Shown here piece by piece: positions 46,250 to 56,537 of a stretch of DNA of 64,000 bases (position 1 is the stretch's first letter; every line of letters begins with the position of its first letter). The translations under genes were made by a program, and so were the position numbers. The stretch covers positions 32,001 through 96,000 of the forward strand of contig JBDHKN010000016.1 of the NCBI GenBank assembly GCA_039586365.1. The letters are read 5' to 3'. The notes beneath the pieces are model-generated. The model was not told the origin of the DNA. It ran no database searches and saw only the letters and a list, made by a program, of their open reading frames with translations. Origin of the DNA: Gemmatimonadota bacterium (lineage in GTDB: Bacteria > Gemmatimonadota > Gemmatimonadetes > Gemmatimonadales > GWC2-71-9).

Positions 46250-48529
46250 TCAAGCAGACCCTTCACCGATCAAATGATCCAAGCCAATATCCCGCAGCAC
46301 CTGTTCGTAACGGGAGTCTTTCTGCCACCCGATCTCTCGCGGTACCGCAGTGATGTAGAGCAGATTGGGATCGCGGTCGCGCATGGCCTCGGCCAGATAT
46401 TCGAACGAGCGATCCATTTCACCTAGTGCCGCATGACCCACGGCGAGCCAGAAGGGAAACACGTAATCACTCTGCGCCTGTTCGGTGAGTTGCCGCAGCA
46501 GTTCCCGGGCCCGCGCCACGTTCCCAGACTGCGCGGACAAACCGACTACCATTCCAACGACGGCGACAGCCTGCCCGGACGACAGTTCCATCGCTCGCTC
46601 CGCAGCTGCCGCTGACTTCTCGCCGTCACCCTTGCGCCAATACGCGTCCGCAAGCTCGAGATAGGACACCATGTGACGCGGATCGGTCTGGACGATTCGC
46701 TCCAGCCGCTCGATGGCCTGGTCGATGCGGTCGAAGATCATCAGGACCTGGGCTAGGCGTGCGGAGACGTTGAGGTCGAGTGGGTCGAGATCCGCAGCGC
46801 GCCGATTGGCGGCTACGGCCTGCTCGAAGTCGCGCTCGACGTAGGTGTAGTAGAACTCGGCCCAGAAGTGTCCGTCCACGAAGTTGGGGTTGATGGCAAT
46901 CGCGCGGTCAATTCCGGCTTTCGCGGCTGCGTAATCCCATTCGTAATACATGGCCACGAGCGCGCGCGCCAACCGTGCTTCGGCCAGGTTCGCGTTGAGT
47001 GTCAGGGCCCGCTCGGCTGCCTCTTTCGCTTTGGGCATCAGCTCGCGGCTTGGTTGGGTCGCAAAGCCAATAGCGAGAACGACGTGCAGTTCGGCCTGCG
47101 CACTGTAGGCCAGTGCAAACCCGGGATCTTTCTCGATTGCCTCTCGGTAGCCTGCGGCTGCTTGCTCGATGGCATCGCCGCCGCCGAACATCTGGCGGCG
47201 GTGGTAGCGGCCCCGCAGGTAGGCGTCGTATGCGGTTGGATCGGGTCGCGGCTCCGACGTCGTCGCAGTTGGTTGAGAGGCAGCGGGCGCGAACTCGCTC
47301 TTCAGGCGCTCGGCGATGGCCAGGGAGATCTCATCCTGAATTGCGAAGACGTCTTCGAGATCGCGGTCGAACCGCTCGGACCACAGGTGGTATCCGTCGG
47401 CGACATTGATGAGCTGTGCGGTCACGCGCACTCTGTTGCCAGCCTTTCGGACGCTCCCCTCCAGTATAGTGCTCACACTCAGCTTGCGACCGATCTCCCG
47501 GATGTCGTACTCCTTGCCCTTGAACTGAAAGGCCGACGTGCGTGCCGTGACTCGTAGGCCGGGAATCTCGGCAATGGCGTTGATTACCTCCTCGGTGATT
47601 CCGTCACTGAAGTACTCGTTTTCCGGATCGGTACTCATGTTCGCGAAGGGGAGTACGGCGATCGCCGCACGGTCAGCCATGGTGGTGACTGCCCCAGATT
47701 CTCCCGCAAGTGCCGCCGAGAACTCCAGAGCGGAGGCGTACCGGTCCGCAGGTACCCGGGCGAGTGCCCTGGTGATAGCTGCCGCCACGTGATTGGGGAC
47801 GGTTCCGCGCACGGTCGAAATTGCGGGTGCCTGTTCGACTGACTTCCGTGCGAGAATGGCCTGCGGCGTCGACCCTGTGAATGGCGGGTCGCCAGCAAGC
47901 ATTTCGTACAGCATGCAGCCGAGACTGTAGATATCACTCCTTCCATCGATGGCCTCGTCGCCGGTCGTCTGTTCAGGGGACATATAGGCTGGTGTGCCGA
48001 TGGCAAGTCCTGTCTCCGTGAGTCGCTCACCGCCCGCAGCCGATAAGGCACGCGCGATGCCGAAATCGGAAACCACGGCGTGTCCCGCCTGGATCAGTAC
48101 GTTCTCTGGCTTGATGTCGCGGTGTACGATGCCGAGGGAGTGCGCGTAGCCGAGTGCGTCGGCTACCTCGCCAGTCAGCTGGAGCGCATCCTTGATGGGT
48201 AGCTGCTTCTCGCGATGCAGACGATCTCGCAGGGACTCGCCTGCAACATACGGCATGGAGTAGTAGAGCAATCCCCCAGCTTCACCGCAATCGTACAGTG
48301 CGAGTATGTTCGGGTGCATGAGCCTCGCCGCAATCCGTATCTCGCGGAGAAACCGCTCGACACCGAGTGCGGCCGCGACTTCAGGGCGAAGTACCTTGAG
48401 GGCGACCGGTCGATCAGTTTTCTGATCGTGAGCAAGGAAGACGATCGCCATCCCACCACGACCCAATTCCCTCTCGACGGCATAACGGTCGGCCAGTGCA
48501 ACCTTGAGGTGCTTGAGGAGGTCGGTCAC
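46250..48529 (-). CDS. Ser/Thr protein kinase with TolB-N-like and TPR domains
   Basis: HRDIKPEN, DFG, YMSPEQ; IAVLPFANMS..ENEYFSDG; helical TPR C-terminus. Confidence 0.93.
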   Translation of the reverse strand: MTDLLKHLKVALADRYAVERELGRGGMAIVFLAHDQKTDRPVALKVLRPEVAAALGVERFLREIRIAARLMHPNILALYDCGEAGGLLYYSMPYVAGESLRDRLHREKQLPIKDALQLTGEVADALGYAHSLGIVHRDIKPENVLIQAGHAVVSDFGIARALSAAGGERLTETGLAIGTPAYMSPEQTTGDEAIDGRSDIYSLGCMLYEMLAGDPPFTGSTPQAILARKSVEQAPAISTVRGTVPNHVAAAITRALARVPADRYASALEFSAALAGESGAVTTMADRAAIAVLPFANMSTDPENEYFSDGITEEVINAIAEIPGLRVTARTSAFQFKGKEYDIREIGRKLSVSTILEGSVRKAGNRVRVTAQLINVADGYHLWSERFDRDLEDVFAIQDEISLAIAERLKSEFAPAASQPTATTSEPRPDPTAYDAYLRGRYHRRQMFGGGDAIEQAAAGYREAIEKDPGFALAYSAQAELHVVLAIGFATQPSRELMPKAKEAAERALTLNANLAEARLARALVAMYYEWDYAAAKAGIDRAIAINPNFVDGHFWAEFYYTYVERDFEQAVAANRRAADLDPLDLNVSARLAQVLMIFDRIDQAIERLERIVQTDPRHMVSYLELADAYWRKGDGEKSAAAAERAMELSSGQAVAVVGMVVGLSAQSGNVARARELLRQLTEQAQSDYVFPFWLAVGHAALGEMDRSFEYLAEAMRDRDPNLLYITAVPREIGWQKDSRYEQVLRDIGLDHLIGEGSA

Positions 48530-48870
48530 GATCTCGGGATCCGCAACTGGATGTGCGCATAGGATACGGGTTTTGAGCGCATCGGGCCAGTTGTGGGAAG
48601 CTGATGTCCTTGCAGTCGTCGGCGATCCAGGGTTTTGGCATCGACAGTAGTCGCCGTTCGCGGACGGCTGACAGCCGTTGGAGAGTCAGCGGTCGATGCA
48701 GCGGCCCAGGCATGATCCTGCCACGGCCCCTCACTGGTCCATTACAGACAGGCTCTGCATATTCGCAGAGGTCCGGCGGCAAGAAGGTATCCGCTCGGAC
48801 TGCCAGGCAAGCGAAGAGTAGCTACCCGGCTTCTCAACAATGAGTGATCCTCAACCGACTGGCTGCAGCG

Positions 48871-49740
48871 ATGTCTGACACAAAACCGATCCTCGTCGTA
48901 GGTGCTACCGGTATGCTGGGTGAACCGGTCGCGCGACGACTCCAGGCCGACGGCCTTGGCGTACGCGTGCTGGCTCGGTCACCGGAACGGGCCAAGCAAC
49001 GGCTCGGAAGTACCTACGAGATCGTGCAAGGTGACGTCGAGAAACCGGATACACTGGGGCCGGCGATGCAAGGCTGCTACGGCGTGTACATCACCTTGAA
49101 TGGCGAGCCGGACCCGGCGAGCCACGATCGCATCGTGCATCGGGGGACCGCCAATCTCGCCCAGGCTGCTGCGAACGCCGGTGTCGAGCGGTTGCACATG
49201 ATCACTGGGGCGTCAGTCTCAGACGAGAACGCATGGTTCTACGCCACGAAGGCGAAGCTCCAGGCTGAATCAGCGATTAGAGCCAGCGGCGTTCCGTATT
49301 CCATTTGGAGAGCGACGTGGTTCATGGAGTCGCTGCCCCTCTTTGTGCGAGGAAACAAAGCGGTCGTGACGGGTAAGCAGCCGCACCTGTGGAGCTGGAT
49401 AGCGGTCGAGGACTACGCCCGCATGGTGTCGACCGCATTTCGCACGCCGGAGGCTGCCAACAAGACATTCTATGTACACGGGCCCGAGGGACTCACCATG
49501 CGGCAGGCCCTGGAGTTTTACTGCGGCCGAGTGCGGCCAGGGGTGAGAGTCTCCAGTGCGCCGCTCTGGTTCCTGTCGCTCGTGGCTCGCGTCACCCGCA
49601 ATGACACGATGCAGAGCGCCGTAGGCCTCATGCGGTATTTCGAGAAGGTCCCAGAGCAAGGCGACCCCACAGAGGCCAATGCGCTACTCGGGGCACCGGC
49701 AACGACGCTGGCCGAGTGGTGCCAGAAACAGCAGGCGTGA
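48871..49740 (+). CDS. NAD(P)-binding NmrA/SDR-like oxidoreductase
   Basis: ILVVGATGMLG Rossmann motif; K..AE....SG. Confidence 0.88.
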   Translation: MSDTKPILVVGATGMLGEPVARRLQADGLGVRVLARSPERAKQRLGSTYEIVQGDVEKPDTLGPAMQGCYGVYITLNGEPDPASHDRIVHRGTANLAQAAANAGVERLHMITGASVSDENAWFYATKAKLQAESAIRASGVPYSIWRATWFMESLPLFVRGNKAVVTGKQPHLWSWIAVEDYARMVSTAFRTPEAANKTFYVHGPEGLTMRQALEFYCGRVRPGVRVSSAPLWFLSLVARVTRNDTMQSAVGLMRYFEKVPEQGDPTEANALLGAPATTLAEWCQKQQA

Positions 49741-49831
49741 GCAGGTCCCTCTGCACAACGGATGGCAGGTGCAGCATCAATGGTTGAGCAAACAGCCGCT
49801 GTTTGTGGGTTGGACGTTGGAAATCAACGCT

Positions 49832-50881
49832 CTACCGACGCGTCAGGAACTGCACGACTGTCCGATTAACCAACTCAGTCTGCACGACTGTTAGGTCGTG
49901 GCCCGCATCCGGGATTATCTGTGTCTCTATCTGAGGCGCCACAGTTGTGAGGCGCTCGATAGCCGCTAGCGCGGGGTAGATCTTCTCGTTCTCTCCCACC
50001 AAGAAGAGAGTCGGCACATGGATGCTCTGGAGCTGACTGTCGGTCAGGACATCAGGGTTGACCAATCTGGTCAGTTTGTAGCTGCGGATTGCCAGGTATG
50101 CTGCGTCGATTTCCTGCTCGAGGAACTCTCGGCTGGCTTCGTCCTTTGCCGCCAAGTCCTGCAACAACCAGTAGAGAAAGCTGCGGGTGAAGCGACGACT
50201 GGGCAGGGCGCACAGCATTGCACGCCGAATCCAACCGAAGGACAGCGGCAACACCGTGCCGGCCGGAGCCAGCAACACTACCCTGTCCAGACGATGCGGG
50301 AAACGCACCGAGTACTGGCTCGCGAGCCAGCCCCCGTAGGACAGACCAACCAGGCTTATGCTGTCTCCCAGTTCGAGAGTATCGAACAACTCGTCCAGCC
50401 AGCTTGTGAAGTCATCCGCACTCGTCGGGATACGGGTATACACGCTCCTGCCGTAGTCATAGATCGCATCGACTGCGTAGCTTCTATGCCGTTGCGATAG
50501 GGCCGCGACGTTGGGGCGCCACTGCAGCGAATTGCCGCCGGCTCCATGGAGCAGCACCAGCGGTGGAGCGCTATCCGGCCCGCTGATGCGCGCGAACGTC
50601 GGGCCAAAGGATGTGCTGACCGTTATGGTGTCGGACGGGATTGGCCATTCTCTTGCCCTGGAGTCGTATAGTCCGAGGTAGCGTGCCTTCGCTGCGGCGG
50701 ATCGAAACGGGTGATGTGGTGAGTCCATATCCCCGGATCCGGAGAATAGCCATGCGGCCAAGCCCACTATTAGGATCGCGCCGAACCCAACAGCCACACC
50801 GCACCCCAACAACAGCCGGCGCAGGATGCGTCCGCTCTCTCCTAGTCGGCTTGTGATGGATCTCACCGCGTTTGTCCTCAT
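49832..50881 (-). CDS. alpha/beta hydrolase (carboxylesterase-like)
   Basis: LLHG, GLSYGG, AGH; N-terminal TM. Confidence 0.88.
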   Translation of the reverse strand: MRTNAVRSITSRLGESGRILRRLLLGCGVAVGFGAILIVGLAAWLFSGSGDMDSPHHPFRSAAAKARYLGLYDSRAREWPIPSDTITVSTSFGPTFARISGPDSAPPLVLLHGAGGNSLQWRPNVAALSQRHRSYAVDAIYDYGRSVYTRIPTSADDFTSWLDELFDTLELGDSISLVGLSYGGWLASQYSVRFPHRLDRVVLLAPAGTVLPLSFGWIRRAMLCALPSRRFTRSFLYWLLQDLAAKDEASREFLEQEIDAAYLAIRSYKLTRLVNPDVLTDSQLQSIHVPTLFLVGENEKIYPALAAIERLTTVAPQIETQIIPDAGHDLTVVQTELVNRTVVQFLTRR

Positions 50882-50961
50882 CCTCCGGTCTTGCGTCTCA
50901 AAGCTGGCTTCTGTCCGCGCGGCGAGGAGATCCCCACACCCTGACTGGAACAGAGGGCGGG

Positions 50962-53715
50962 TCACTCGCAACGAAGCGCATTCATCGGATCGATCCGCGC
51001 AGCACGACGGGCTGGAATGAGGCTGGCCAGCAACACGACCAGGAACAGTACAGCCCCCACGGACCCGAATGAGATCGGATCGAGAGGGCTCACGCCAAGT
51101 AGCACTGAGCGCATCGCGAATCCGAATCCAACCGCCAAGAGTGCTCCCACCGCCAGCCCCGGTGTCGCCAGGCGCACGGCGTCACGCAGGACTGCTCCCA
51201 GAACTCGCTCTCGCGTGGCACCCAGTGCCATCCGGACGCCGATCTCGCGAGCGCGGTTGGCGGTAACAAGAGCCACAACTCCGTACACGCCGATAGCTGC
51301 GAGGAGCAACGCCAGCAGTCCCAGCGCGCCGGCCACTCGGGCTGTAAGACGCTGGCTCTCCGTGCTGTGACTCACCAGTGACTCCGAGGTGACTACCTCG
51401 GGGATCGGGAGTCGCGGATCCACGTCCAGGATAGCCGACTGGATGGGTCTGACCAAAGCCTGCGGGTCCGCGATTGCTCTGACCACGATCATGATTCGGG
51501 GCCAGTAGTTCTGTCTCAGGGCCGCAAACACGTGGGGCTGGTCCTCTGTGGGTCTGCTGGAAGCCACGTGGAGGGCGACTCCCACCACGGTGAATGCCGT
51601 CGCGCTGTCTGAGCTGAGAGCGAAGCGCAGCCGCCGGCCCAACGCCGGTTCCCCAGGCCACAACCGCCCGGCCAACGTCTCCGTGATGACGACGACGGGT
51701 TCGGAGGACTCCCGGTCTGTGGTCTCGAATCCACGGCCGCGGAGAATTGGAGTTCCGATCACCTCGAAGAACCCTTCGCTGGCCCGGGTGAACTCGACGC
51801 GCACGCGCCCACCTTGCTCCTCTGCTCGATCCGCCCGCGAGACGCTGGTGTAGTTGCCAACCAGATCCAGGGGAACTCCGTCTGCAAGTGACACCGATTG
51901 CACTCCAGACAGCGACCCGATCGACTGCATCATGCGGTCAAGAAAGACACCGGCTTCTGCGAGGGACTGATGACCCTGCTGGGACAGATCTATCCTCGTC
52001 ATCAGGAGGCCGTGCGGATCGAAGCCAAGTTCTCTGTGATCCATCACGCCCACCGCGCGTAGGCACACGCTGCATACCAGCAGGAGGACCAGGGCGACCC
52101 CCGTCTGAGCAGACGCGGCGAGGCGATGGACGCGGCCTACGCGACGACCACCACCACCGGCATCATCCTTTAGCACTGAGATCAATTGGGGACGACTGAA
52201 ACGAATAGCCGGAAACAGTCCGAACACGAGTGTCGTGCTCAGTGTGAGTGCCAGCGAGTACGCGAGGATCGCGCTGTTGGGTCCCCAGCCTAGGTCGGGA
52301 ATCCCGGTCACCATCGCAGGGAGGACGTCGCTTGTTACCCAGAAAGCCAGCAGGGTACCCAACCCTCCTCCGGCGAGGGCCAGCAGCAGCGCCTCGACCA
52401 TCAAGAGGCGCACGAGACGCCGTCGGCTGGATCCCAGTGCTAAGCGGACTCCTAGTTCCCGTTCCCTGGCTGCACTGCGTGCCAACACCATCCCGGCCAC
52501 GTTGCTGCAGATGATCAGCAGAACCACACCTAATAGGGCGAAGAGCCCTCTCGTGGCCAGCAACGACGCTGCCCTTCCTCGGGCGGGTACCGGGCCAAAT
52601 GAGGCGGCCCGGGCTCGCCGATCTTGGTTGGACTCCGGGTAATCCTCTGCGAGCCTGGCAAAGACGGTCTGGAGAGACGCGCTGGCTTCATCCACTGTGG
52701 CTCCCGGACGCAGTCGTCCCAAGACCCGCAACCAGAGCGCATGCCGATTCGCAGTGTAGTGGTTCGCGCCTGCTACCCAGGAGTCCTGCATCAGCGGCAC
52801 CCACAAATCGGTACCCTGCTGGAGGACTCGGTGTCCCTTGAACGCCGCTGGAGCCACGCCCACCACCGTGTACGGAGTTCGATTTAGAGTTATCGTTTGG
52901 CCGATGACATCAGGGTCTCCACCGAGTCGGTTCTGCCACATGTCGTGGCTCACCACGGCCACCGGGTGTTGACCGGGTCCCACGTCCTCGGAGACCAGGA
53001 AGTCCCGACCCAGCGGGGGAATTATGCCCAACACACGGAAGTAGCTGGCCGACACATACATCACACGGACACGCTGGCCGCCGTCGGCCGTTCCCAGCGT
53101 CCCTTCCCGGTCCTTCCATCCCGCCAGCATTGCGATGGGTGTTTCAGTGTCGGTGACATCCTGAAAGTCGGGATACGCCCAAGCCTCGTACTCAATTCCG
53201 CGGCGGGTTACGAGCAGTTCCACGACCCTGTCTGGCCCACGCACCCCTGGAACCGGCTCCAGCCACGTCGCATGGAAGATCGTGAACACCCCGGTATTGA
53301 CCCCGATTCCCACTGCCAGGGACATCACGGCGATTAGCGCAAAGCCGCGAGAACCCGTCAAACCCCTGAGAGCAAACCGCAGGTCCCGCCCAAGATCACC
53401 CAGCCATCCGCTCGAAGTCGATCTCTTCACCGGAGACACGATGACGTCTCCGTTCAGCTGAAGTGCTGGCCCTGTGCGCCGCGCTCTCACCGCCATGAGC
53501 AAGACACCCCCAAGCTCTTTCATCGTGAACCACAGGACCGCGCCGACTCCTTTCTCCTTCCGGCAGTGTCGCTGGCCCGCGACGAACGTGCAGAGCAGCT
53601 CGGATTGCAGGTGTGACCGGACCGTGCGTGGGAGGAGTGTCAACAGGGCCCGGTAGGCCAGCTTGCCAAAACGCTCCAAGATTCCAGCCGGTTCGTGAGT
53701 GTTGTGTACGGTCAT
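50962..53715 (-). CDS. ABC permease with duplicated MacB/FtsX domains (ADOP type)
   Basis: DLRFALR, LAVGIGVNTGVF, RERELGVRLALG and REIGVRMALGA repeats, PARRAARIDPMNALR. Confidence 0.92.
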   Translation of the reverse strand: MTVHNTHEPAGILERFGKLAYRALLTLLPRTVRSHLQSELLCTFVAGQRHCRKEKGVGAVLWFTMKELGGVLLMAVRARRTGPALQLNGDVIVSPVKRSTSSGWLGDLGRDLRFALRGLTGSRGFALIAVMSLAVGIGVNTGVFTIFHATWLEPVPGVRGPDRVVELLVTRRGIEYEAWAYPDFQDVTDTETPIAMLAGWKDREGTLGTADGGQRVRVMYVSASYFRVLGIIPPLGRDFLVSEDVGPGQHPVAVVSHDMWQNRLGGDPDVIGQTITLNRTPYTVVGVAPAAFKGHRVLQQGTDLWVPLMQDSWVAGANHYTANRHALWLRVLGRLRPGATVDEASASLQTVFARLAEDYPESNQDRRARAASFGPVPARGRAASLLATRGLFALLGVVLLIICSNVAGMVLARSAARERELGVRLALGSSRRRLVRLLMVEALLLALAGGGLGTLLAFWVTSDVLPAMVTGIPDLGWGPNSAILAYSLALTLSTTLVFGLFPAIRFSRPQLISVLKDDAGGGGRRVGRVHRLAASAQTGVALVLLLVCSVCLRAVGVMDHRELGFDPHGLLMTRIDLSQQGHQSLAEAGVFLDRMMQSIGSLSGVQSVSLADGVPLDLVGNYTSVSRADRAEEQGGRVRVEFTRASEGFFEVIGTPILRGRGFETTDRESSEPVVVITETLAGRLWPGEPALGRRLRFALSSDSATAFTVVGVALHVASSRPTEDQPHVFAALRQNYWPRIMIVVRAIADPQALVRPIQSAILDVDPRLPIPEVVTSESLVSHSTESQRLTARVAGALGLLALLLAAIGVYGVVALVTANRAREIGVRMALGATRERVLGAVLRDAVRLATPGLAVGALLAVGFGFAMRSVLLGVSPLDPISFGSVGAVLFLVVLLASLIPARRAARIDPMNALRCE

Positions 53716-54122
53716 GTCGTACTCGCCCGCGCGTTCCCAGCCGAAGGCGCCCCGCCCACACCGATTCCCCTGGCATGCCGCATGAGTTCGGACAACCGCG
53801 CTGTCTCCGCTGCAAGTACGCGGCGACCTAGCGAAGTCAACGTGTAGTAACGCCGCCGCGGGTCTGTGTCGTCGGACGGGCGCGGTGCATTGGTGACGAG
53901 TCCTTGTTTCTCGAGTCTCGCCATGGCCAGGTAGAGCGATCCACTACTGGGCTGCGTTCTGCGCTCGGTCAGCTCGCCGATCCGCTTGATAATGCCCCAT
54001 CCGTGAATATCACCTTCCGCCAGCGCCAGCAGCACGTGCAGCGCCAAGTCTGGCAACGGCAGGAAAGACGCGGGGCTGCTCCTATTGAGATCAGCGTGGC
54101 GAGGGGTGCGTTTGTCGGCCAT
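53712..54122 (-). CDS. PadR-family transcriptional regulator
   Basis: HGWGI, GSLY..MARLEKQGLV, RRRYY.LT..GR. Confidence 0.92.
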   Translation of the reverse strand: MADKRTPRHADLNRSSPASFLPLPDLALHVLLALAEGDIHGWGIIKRIGELTERRTQPSSGSLYLAMARLEKQGLVTNAPRPSDDTDPRRRYYTLTSLGRRVLAAETARLSELMRHARGIGVGGAPSAGNARASTT

Positions 54123-54451
54123 GCTAGGTGCCTCGTGATAATGTCGATTTATTACAAATCTAGTTTCAGTGTTGGCATTGGCAAGTGCGGGGTTGGCTGA
54201 TCACGCAGCCGCCGTACGACGTCCACCTATCTGGATGGACTCACGGTTGATGCCGGCGATAACGGGGGTGTTTGGGTCTTGGGGAAGGTGAGCACGCTTG
54301 CCAGGCTAGATCGGCCGGCCGGGGCCCACGCAGATTGTTCCAGCGGCGGCTAGAGGGTCTGGAGGAACTGATGCCGGACGGGGGGCATCTGGTCTCCTGT
54401 GCTGAGAGATTGTGAGACGGGTGCCCCTACCGGTCACGGCGGTGGTGTGTT

Positions 54452-54745
54452 CTACGTCTCGTGATAGACCGGGTCACCCATTTCCGCAAAAGCGAAGTTG
54501 TAGAACACGTTGTGCCCGTTGTAGTCCATGACTCTTAGGTCATCGGTCTGATTCAAGTCGCCCATCACCACCGCGTAGTGGTTCCCGTACCTGGCCTTCA
54601 CCCTCTCGAGCGGAACTTCGCGCGCCACGAATTTCTTGATGCCTTTTGCTTGCAGCTTGTTCAGGAAGTCAGGCTCTGTGAATGTGTCGTACGTGGTCAG
54701 TATGAGGATTGGACCACTTCCCGTAAAGAAGATCCCCGCATGCAT
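54452..54745 (-). CDS. conserved small hypothetical cytosolic protein
   Basis: GGAGG RBS; GSGPILILT, KGIKKF, YG.HY, DLRVMDYNG. Confidence 0.75.
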   Translation of the reverse strand: MHAGIFFTGSGPILILTTYDTFTEPDFLNKLQAKGIKKFVAREVPLERVKARYGNHYAVVMGDLNQTDDLRVMDYNGHNVFYNFAFAEMGDPVYHET

Positions 54746-54939
54746 GGTACCACCTCCATTCCATCTCGTTTCCGTGCGGAAACGGTAGTGGCAGGAACCT
54801 CAATTTTCACTTACTAAGTATCGCTAGCCTGTTCGGAACATGCACCGGCCGACTGTAGTCAAGCGCAGCCGTTGATCTGCTCGCGTGGTTGCGCAGCGTT
54901 GAGTTATGCTGCGAGGAGTTGTCATCTAAAGCCAGCAAC

Positions 54940-56487
54940 TCACCGCGGGAGTTGTCGCCGCATCACTACGGCATCTGTGATACTCTCCGCGAGCCTGTCA
55001 ATGAGATCGCTCAGGTCGGCCGCCCTGCGCCGCGCAGTAGTTGTGAAGATGAGACGAGCGATGGCGTAGGAGCCTCCTATTGCGAGTCCGGCCAGGCCAA
55101 GCGCAAGCACCGGCATGCCGGCGCTGAGCCCCATACCCAGCGCGATGCCGGTTCCTCCGCCTCCACCACCTCCCATGATTCCGCCGAATAGTCCGCCTGC
55201 GAGATTGCCGAGGCGTTCCTGGATGCGTATGGTCGTGCGCCCGGACCTTGGTCTGACAGACACGCTCACTTGGCGAAAGCCCTGAACCGCTTGGGTACGC
55301 CATGTGAGCGAGCGACCCAGCGTGTCGATCTCACCGATAGTGCCGAGCGTCGCCCCGATCTCCTCAACCAGCTCCGGATACTCGGACTCCGGGAATTCCC
55401 CATCGACGGTTCGCTCGAACTCGAGCAGCACTGGGCTGCCAAGAAAGGCGTTGTGGCTAGGGCGTTTCTCGGGCTGGTCGAGCGACTTCGCTGCTCGTTC
55501 GACATAGTGTGGGGGAATGCCCACCTCCGCTGCGATTTGCTGTACTCCGCCCAGCGAAAGGGCGTCGTCGCGTGTGGGATTCTGCAGCTGGAGGTCGGCC
55601 GCCCTCTTTACGATCTCCTTTGCCTCTGTATGGCGGTACGTCGGTTTCGCCTCGAATGAGGCAGCCAGTGCTGCCGCGAGTTCGTTGGGTGTCGCGAAGC
55701 GATCGTGGGGCTTGAGCGACATGGCCTGAACGAGAACCTGTTCAGCCGATCCCGGCAGGTGATCCAGCCGGTCGCGATGCCGGGGGGATGCGTCGACGAA
55801 CCGGCCGAGTCTTACCGCTTCCTCCGTAGGCCACATCTCAGGCGTTTCGCCCACGACCATCTCGTAGAAGACGCAGGCGAGGCTGTAGACGTCGGTCCTC
55901 TCAGAGAGATCGGTGCGACCGATGGACTGTTCGGGACTCATGTATCCAGGCGTTCCCAGGGGGAATCCGGTTCGCGTCAGATGGACGCCACCAGCCGTAC
56001 TGATCGCCTTGGCGATTCCGAAGTCCGCCACCACGGCATGACCCTCGGAGAGCAGTATGTTCTCGGGCTTGATGTCGCGATGTACTACGCCGTGCCGATG
56101 TGCGTATGTCAGGGCGCTGGCGACTTCATCAACGAGCTTCAGGGCTCGCGCCGGCTCTACGGTCCCCGCACGATTGAGCAGACCCCGCAACGACTCCCCC
56201 TCAACGAAAGGCATGACGTAGTGCAGACACCCGTCGGCATCGCACGAATCATGGAGCGGCAAGATGTGGGGGTGCGTAAGTCTCGCTGCAATCTCGATTT
56301 CCTTGAGGAACCGTTCACTGCCCAGTGCTTCAGCCAACTCCGGCCGCAACACTTTCACCGCGACCTTGCGGTGATGCTTCAGATCCTCCGCCAAATAGAC
56401 GGTGGCCATACCGCCACGTCCGATGGCGCGCACGAGGCGGTAAGCGTTGCCGATTGCTGACTGTACAGTTTCGAGGGTCGTGGGCAC
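54940..56487 (-). CDS. Ser/Thr protein kinase, paralogue of 5667..7238
   Basis: IGRGGMA, HRDIKPEN, DFG, GYMSPEQ; same C-terminal domain and TMs. Confidence 0.92.
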   Translation of the reverse strand: MPTTLETVQSAIGNAYRLVRAIGRGGMATVYLAEDLKHHRKVAVKVLRPELAEALGSERFLKEIEIAARLTHPHILPLHDSCDADGCLHYVMPFVEGESLRGLLNRAGTVEPARALKLVDEVASALTYAHRHGVVHRDIKPENILLSEGHAVVADFGIAKAISTAGGVHLTRTGFPLGTPGYMSPEQSIGRTDLSERTDVYSLACVFYEMVVGETPEMWPTEEAVRLGRFVDASPRHRDRLDHLPGSAEQVLVQAMSLKPHDRFATPNELAAALAASFEAKPTYRHTEAKEIVKRAADLQLQNPTRDDALSLGGVQQIAAEVGIPPHYVERAAKSLDQPEKRPSHNAFLGSPVLLEFERTVDGEFPESEYPELVEEIGATLGTIGEIDTLGRSLTWRTQAVQGFRQVSVSVRPRSGRTTIRIQERLGNLAGGLFGGIMGGGGGGGTGIALGMGLSAGMPVLALGLAGLAIGGSYAIARLIFTTTARRRAADLSDLIDRLAESITDAVVMRRQLPR

Positions 56488-56537
56488 TGGAGCGATCTCC
56501 CCGCTCGTGTCTGATGTCGGTGCTCTTTGCTACGATT

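Noticed and set aside
50962..54122. PadR plus duplicated permease as a novel system
   Set aside because: Well-known, abundant pairing in Acidobacteriota and Gemmatimonadota.
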